Sequence record: OZ035771.1
Length of the DNA: 64,000 nucleotides
Source: Phapecoctavirus DIJ07P2
Strand: one strand, 5' to 3'
In this document: in pieces, positions 62,122 through 64,000 of the stretch
How the letters are laid out: each line of letters opens with the position of its first letter
How positions within the stretch are numbered: position 1 is the stretch's first letter
Program-made: the position numbers and the translations under genes
Notes under the pieces: generated by a model
The model's input: the letters and a program-made list of their open reading frames with translations, nothing else
What the model was told of the DNA's origin: nothing
The model's database searches: none

Positions 62122-62209
62122 GGTGAGTTAATTCCGTAGGGGTAGCGGGGCAGACTGTAAATCTGTTATCATTGCGATTCGGGTGGTTCGACTCCATCAC
62201 TCACCACCA
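62122..62209 (+). tRNA. tRNA-Tyr (GTA)
   Basis: acceptor GGTGAGT/ACTCACC, anticodon arm GCAGA-CTGTAAA-TCTGT, long variable arm, A73. Confidence 0.7.
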
Positions 62210-62215
62210 AATTAA

Positions 62216-62301
62216 GATGAGTTGGCTGAATGGTTTAAGCGGCGGACTGTTAATCCGTGTTCGAAAGAACAATATAGGTTCGAATCCTATACTCATCGCC
62301 A
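62216..62301 (+). tRNA. type-II tRNA with Asn anticodon GTT
   Basis: acceptor GATGAGT/ACTCATC, anticodon arm GCGGA-CTGTTAA-TCCGT, 15-nt variable region, G73. Confidence 0.55.
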
Positions 62302-62308
62302 GAATTAT

Positions 62309-62385
62309 GGACTTGTAGAGTTAAGGTAAACCCCCAGTCGCCAATAGGCTTCTGGAATTGCAGGTATCGAATCCTGCCGAGTCCC
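62309..62385 (+). ncRNA. tRNA-like element without canonical anticodon arm
   Basis: acceptor-like GGACTTG/CGAGTCC and T-arm GCAGG-TATCGAAT-CCTGC, but no 5-7-5 anticodon stem-loop and no encoded CCA. Confidence 0.3.
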
Positions 62386-62391
62386 AGCATT

Positions 62392-62466
62392 GCTCCTATA
62401 GTATAATGGCTATTACAACGGTTTTGTAATCCGTGGATCTCTGTTCGATTCAGTGTGGGAGCACCA
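62392..62466 (+). tRNA. tRNA-Thr (TGT)
   Basis: acceptor GCTCCTA/TGGGAGC, anticodon loop TTTGTAA, T-loop TTCGATT, A73. Confidence 0.7.
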
Positions 62467-62741
62467 ACACAACATTAAGAGCACTGTGATTGATCGTCGT
62501 ATCCTGTGCACAAGGTCTGCTCGAAAGACAGTGTTCTTAGTATTGTGTTGATCACAAAAAGAGTCACCCGAAACTTGACCGGAGTAGGGTTGGATGGGGC
62601 AAAATGAGAAGCGGCTCTCCCATCGACAGCAACGAAGAATAATATTTGACTTTGGTTTTGTATTATTTTAAGTTAGCTTACCGAACGTAGGGCTAGTCAC
62701 CCAAAGGGATACTCGTCACTGTCCCACCTATTAAATAACTA

Positions 62742-62771
62742 TTGACATTCGATAGTAAAATGTAGTATAGT
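62742..62771 (+). promoter_or_regulatory. sigma70-like promoter for downstream tRNAs
   Basis: TTGACA 62742, 18-nt spacer, TATAGT. Confidence 0.45.
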
Positions 62772-62788
62772 AAATATATATATACAAA

Positions 62789-62865
62789 GCGTTATTAGTG
62801 TTAGCGGTTCAGCATCCCGTCCTTCCAAGTCGGTGGCATCGGTTCGAATCCGATATAACGCTCCA
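62789..62865 (+). tRNA. tRNA-Gly (TCC)
   Basis: acceptor GCGTTAT/ATAACGC, anticodon loop CTTCCAA, T-arm ATCGG-TTCGAAT-CCGAT, U73. Confidence 0.7.
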
Positions 62866-62963
62866 AATTATTTAATAAAGGGTTGCCAGAAAACTTTCTC
62901 TTTTACTAATGGTTTTCTCTTTCTCTCACACCTCTTCTGGTTGCCCTTCATTAAATGATTTAT

Positions 62964-63039
62964 TGGTTTGTAGTGTAGTCCGGTAGCACACGACACTTTG
63001 ACTGTCGTAGGTTTGGTTCAAATCCAGACAGACCAGCCA
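62964..63039 (+). tRNA. tRNA-Gln (TTG)
   Basis: anticodon arm CGACA-CTTTGAC-TGTCG, T-loop TTCAAAT, G73. Confidence 0.7.
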
Positions 63040-63083
63040 TATAACAAAGGTGAGTCACTACCTTAAGTGCGAAGTTAAAATAT

Positions 63084-63160
63084 ACAGCCTTTAGCTCAAC
63101 CTGGTAGAGTGCATCGTTTGGGGCGATGAAGTTAAAAGTTCGAATCTTTTAAGGCTGACC
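63084..63160 (+). tRNA. tRNA-Pro (TGG)
   Basis: C1:G72 acceptor CAGCCTT/AAGGCTG, anticodon arm CATCG-TTTGGGG-CGATG, T-loop TTCGAAT, A73. Confidence 0.75.
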
Positions 63161-63235
63161 AAATTACAATTCCATGCGTCTGACAAAAGGTTAGTCGGTA
63201 TAAGACGTGGGATTTAATACTTATAAGGAGGACTT

Positions 63236-63577
63236 ATGTATAAATGTAGCCATTGTGGTGAAGAAGATCCGCAAAAGTTCTACGGTCATAAGAAATCTAT
63301 TTGTGGTTATTGTCATAATAAGTATACAATAGACTTAGGACAACAGAAAAAGAAGTATGCTCGTGATAAGTTAGGTGGTAAGTGTGTTTCCTGCGGTTAC
63401 GATAAATATCAGGAAGCTTTAGATATACACCATCTTGATCCGACAATAAAAGACCGGAGTTTCGCATCCATGCGTGGGTGGTCGCTTAAGAGGATTGATA
63501 AAGAGATAGAGAACTGCATCTTACTATGTAAGAACTGTCATTCAGCTTTCCATTCTGGTCATGATATTACTTGGTAG
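63236..63577 (+). CDS. HNH endonuclease within tRNA cluster
   Basis: CSHCG...CGYCH...DIHHLDP...CKNCH; AAGGAGG RBS. Confidence 0.75.
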   Translation: MYKCSHCGEEDPQKFYGHKKSICGYCHNKYTIDLGQQKKKYARDKLGGKCVSCGYDKYQEALDIHHLDPTIKDRSFASMRGWSLKRIDKEIENCILLCKNCHSAFHSGHDITW

Positions 63578-63591
63578 TAATACTAATTAAA

Positions 63592-63665
63592 TGTTTCGTA
63601 GTTCAATGGTAGAACCCACGACTGATAATCGTGAGACACAAGTTCGATTCTTGTCGAAACAACCA
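63592..63665 (+). tRNA. tRNA-Ile (GAT)
   Basis: acceptor TGTTTCG/CGAAACA, anticodon arm CACGA-CTGATAA-TCGTG, T-loop TTCGATT, A73. Confidence 0.7.
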
Positions 63666-63667
63666 GT

Positions 63668-63737
63668 TTCCCGTTAGACTTACAGGATAAGAGATCCACA
63701 ATTTATTGTGACGCTGGTTCGAATCCAGCACGGGATA
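63668..63737 (+). ncRNA. tRNA-like element with degenerate anticodon arm
   Basis: T-arm GCTGG-TTCGAAT-CCAGC and acceptor-like TTCCCGT/ACGGGAT (1-72 mismatch), middle forms CACAA-ttta-TTGTG instead of an anticodon arm. Confidence 0.3.
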
Positions 63738-63742
63738 CATAA

Positions 63743-63821
63743 TAGCGGGATAGAGGAGTCTGGTCGTCCTCGCCAGTTTCATATGCTGGAGATCATTGGT
63801 TCAAATCCAATTCCCGCCTCC
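63743..63821 (+). tRNA. tRNA with CAT anticodon (second Met/Ile2-type)
   Basis: anticodon arm CCAGT-TTCATAT-GCTGG, T-arm ATTGG-TTCAAAT-CCAAT, A1-C72 mismatch, U73. Confidence 0.6.
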
Positions 63822-63936
63822 AAATATCGCTTGCCAGCGGTATCTTTGAAGACCTTGCCTGGTTCCTTCTAAGATGGAGGGGTGCGACTCCTTAACGCAC
63901 AATCATAATAAAACATTTCAAATTAACAGTATTTAT

Positions 63937-63960
63937 TGGCCTCCTTATTGGAGGCTTTTT
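63937..63960 (+). terminator. rho-independent terminator
   Basis: GGCCTCC-ttatt-GGAGGC followed by TTTTT. Confidence 0.7.
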
Positions 63961-64000
63961 GCTATCTATTGAATAAAACTTGACTTATTATTTTTTATAT

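Noticed and set aside
62309-62385. Intron-containing tRNA as an explanation for the oversized middle region of the tRNA-like element
   Set aside because: The insert is only ~14 nt and has no features of a group I intron.
1-64000. Assignment to a specific phage genus (T4-like, T5-like or Felix-O1-like) and identification of terminal repeats
   Set aside because: Gene content is mosaic (T4-type lysozyme and nrdA/nrdB endonuclease site, but ThyX, RmlBCD and an ATP-dependent ligase), and no repeat of the window ends is visible; this cannot be resolved without database comparison.

Overview
The window looks like part of a virulent tailed dsDNA phage genome with T4/T5/Felix-O1-like gene content; no rRNA, CRISPR array or integrase/att module was seen. 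All calls are from reading the sequence and ORF track by eye: no searches were run, and hand-derived coordinates may be off by 1-3 nt. Layout: (1) 1-1356, plus-strand genes ending in a NADAR-domain protein. (2) 1357-2537, a gene desert with AT-rich direct repeats, Fur-box-like palindromes and a GC-rich island. (3) 2538-11170, an early-type module where at least 20 copies of a reiterated cassette (sigma70-like -35/-10, conserved CACRTAGGGCGG box, covarying GC hairpin, RBS, ATG-GCN) drive about 30 tiny ORFs, several below the 60-aa track cutoff. (4) 11170-12690, a second desert with an A+C-rich strand-asymmetric tract, a palindrome cluster and more Fur-like boxes. (5) 12691-22580, tightly packed plus-strand small genes including a serine recombinase and a four-member paralog family, one copy frameshifted. 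(6) 22650-59961, a long minus-strand module: Sir2-like protein, HNH/AP2 homing endonucleases, C5- and N6-methyltransferase-like proteins, lambda-type phosphatase, HslV-like peptidase, PhoH, T4-type lysozyme, glutaredoxin, RmlD-RmlC-RmlB (no RmlA), NrdB and NrdA with an endonuclease between them, ThyX, HAD nucleotidase, DEDDy exonuclease, RNase H/FEN-like protein, ATP-dependent DNA ligase, and a split kinase / ligase / phosphoesterase RNA-repair-like trio. (7) 59962-60443, a divergent control region with GTAC iterons. (8) 60444-64000, a plus-strand cluster of 12 tRNAs plus two non-canonical tRNA-like elements, structured spacers and an HNH endonuclease. The strongest candidates for something undescribed are the promoter-hairpin cassette array with its micro-protein cargo, the split RNA-repair trio, the RmlBCD block lacking RmlA, and the Fur-like boxes in the deserts.
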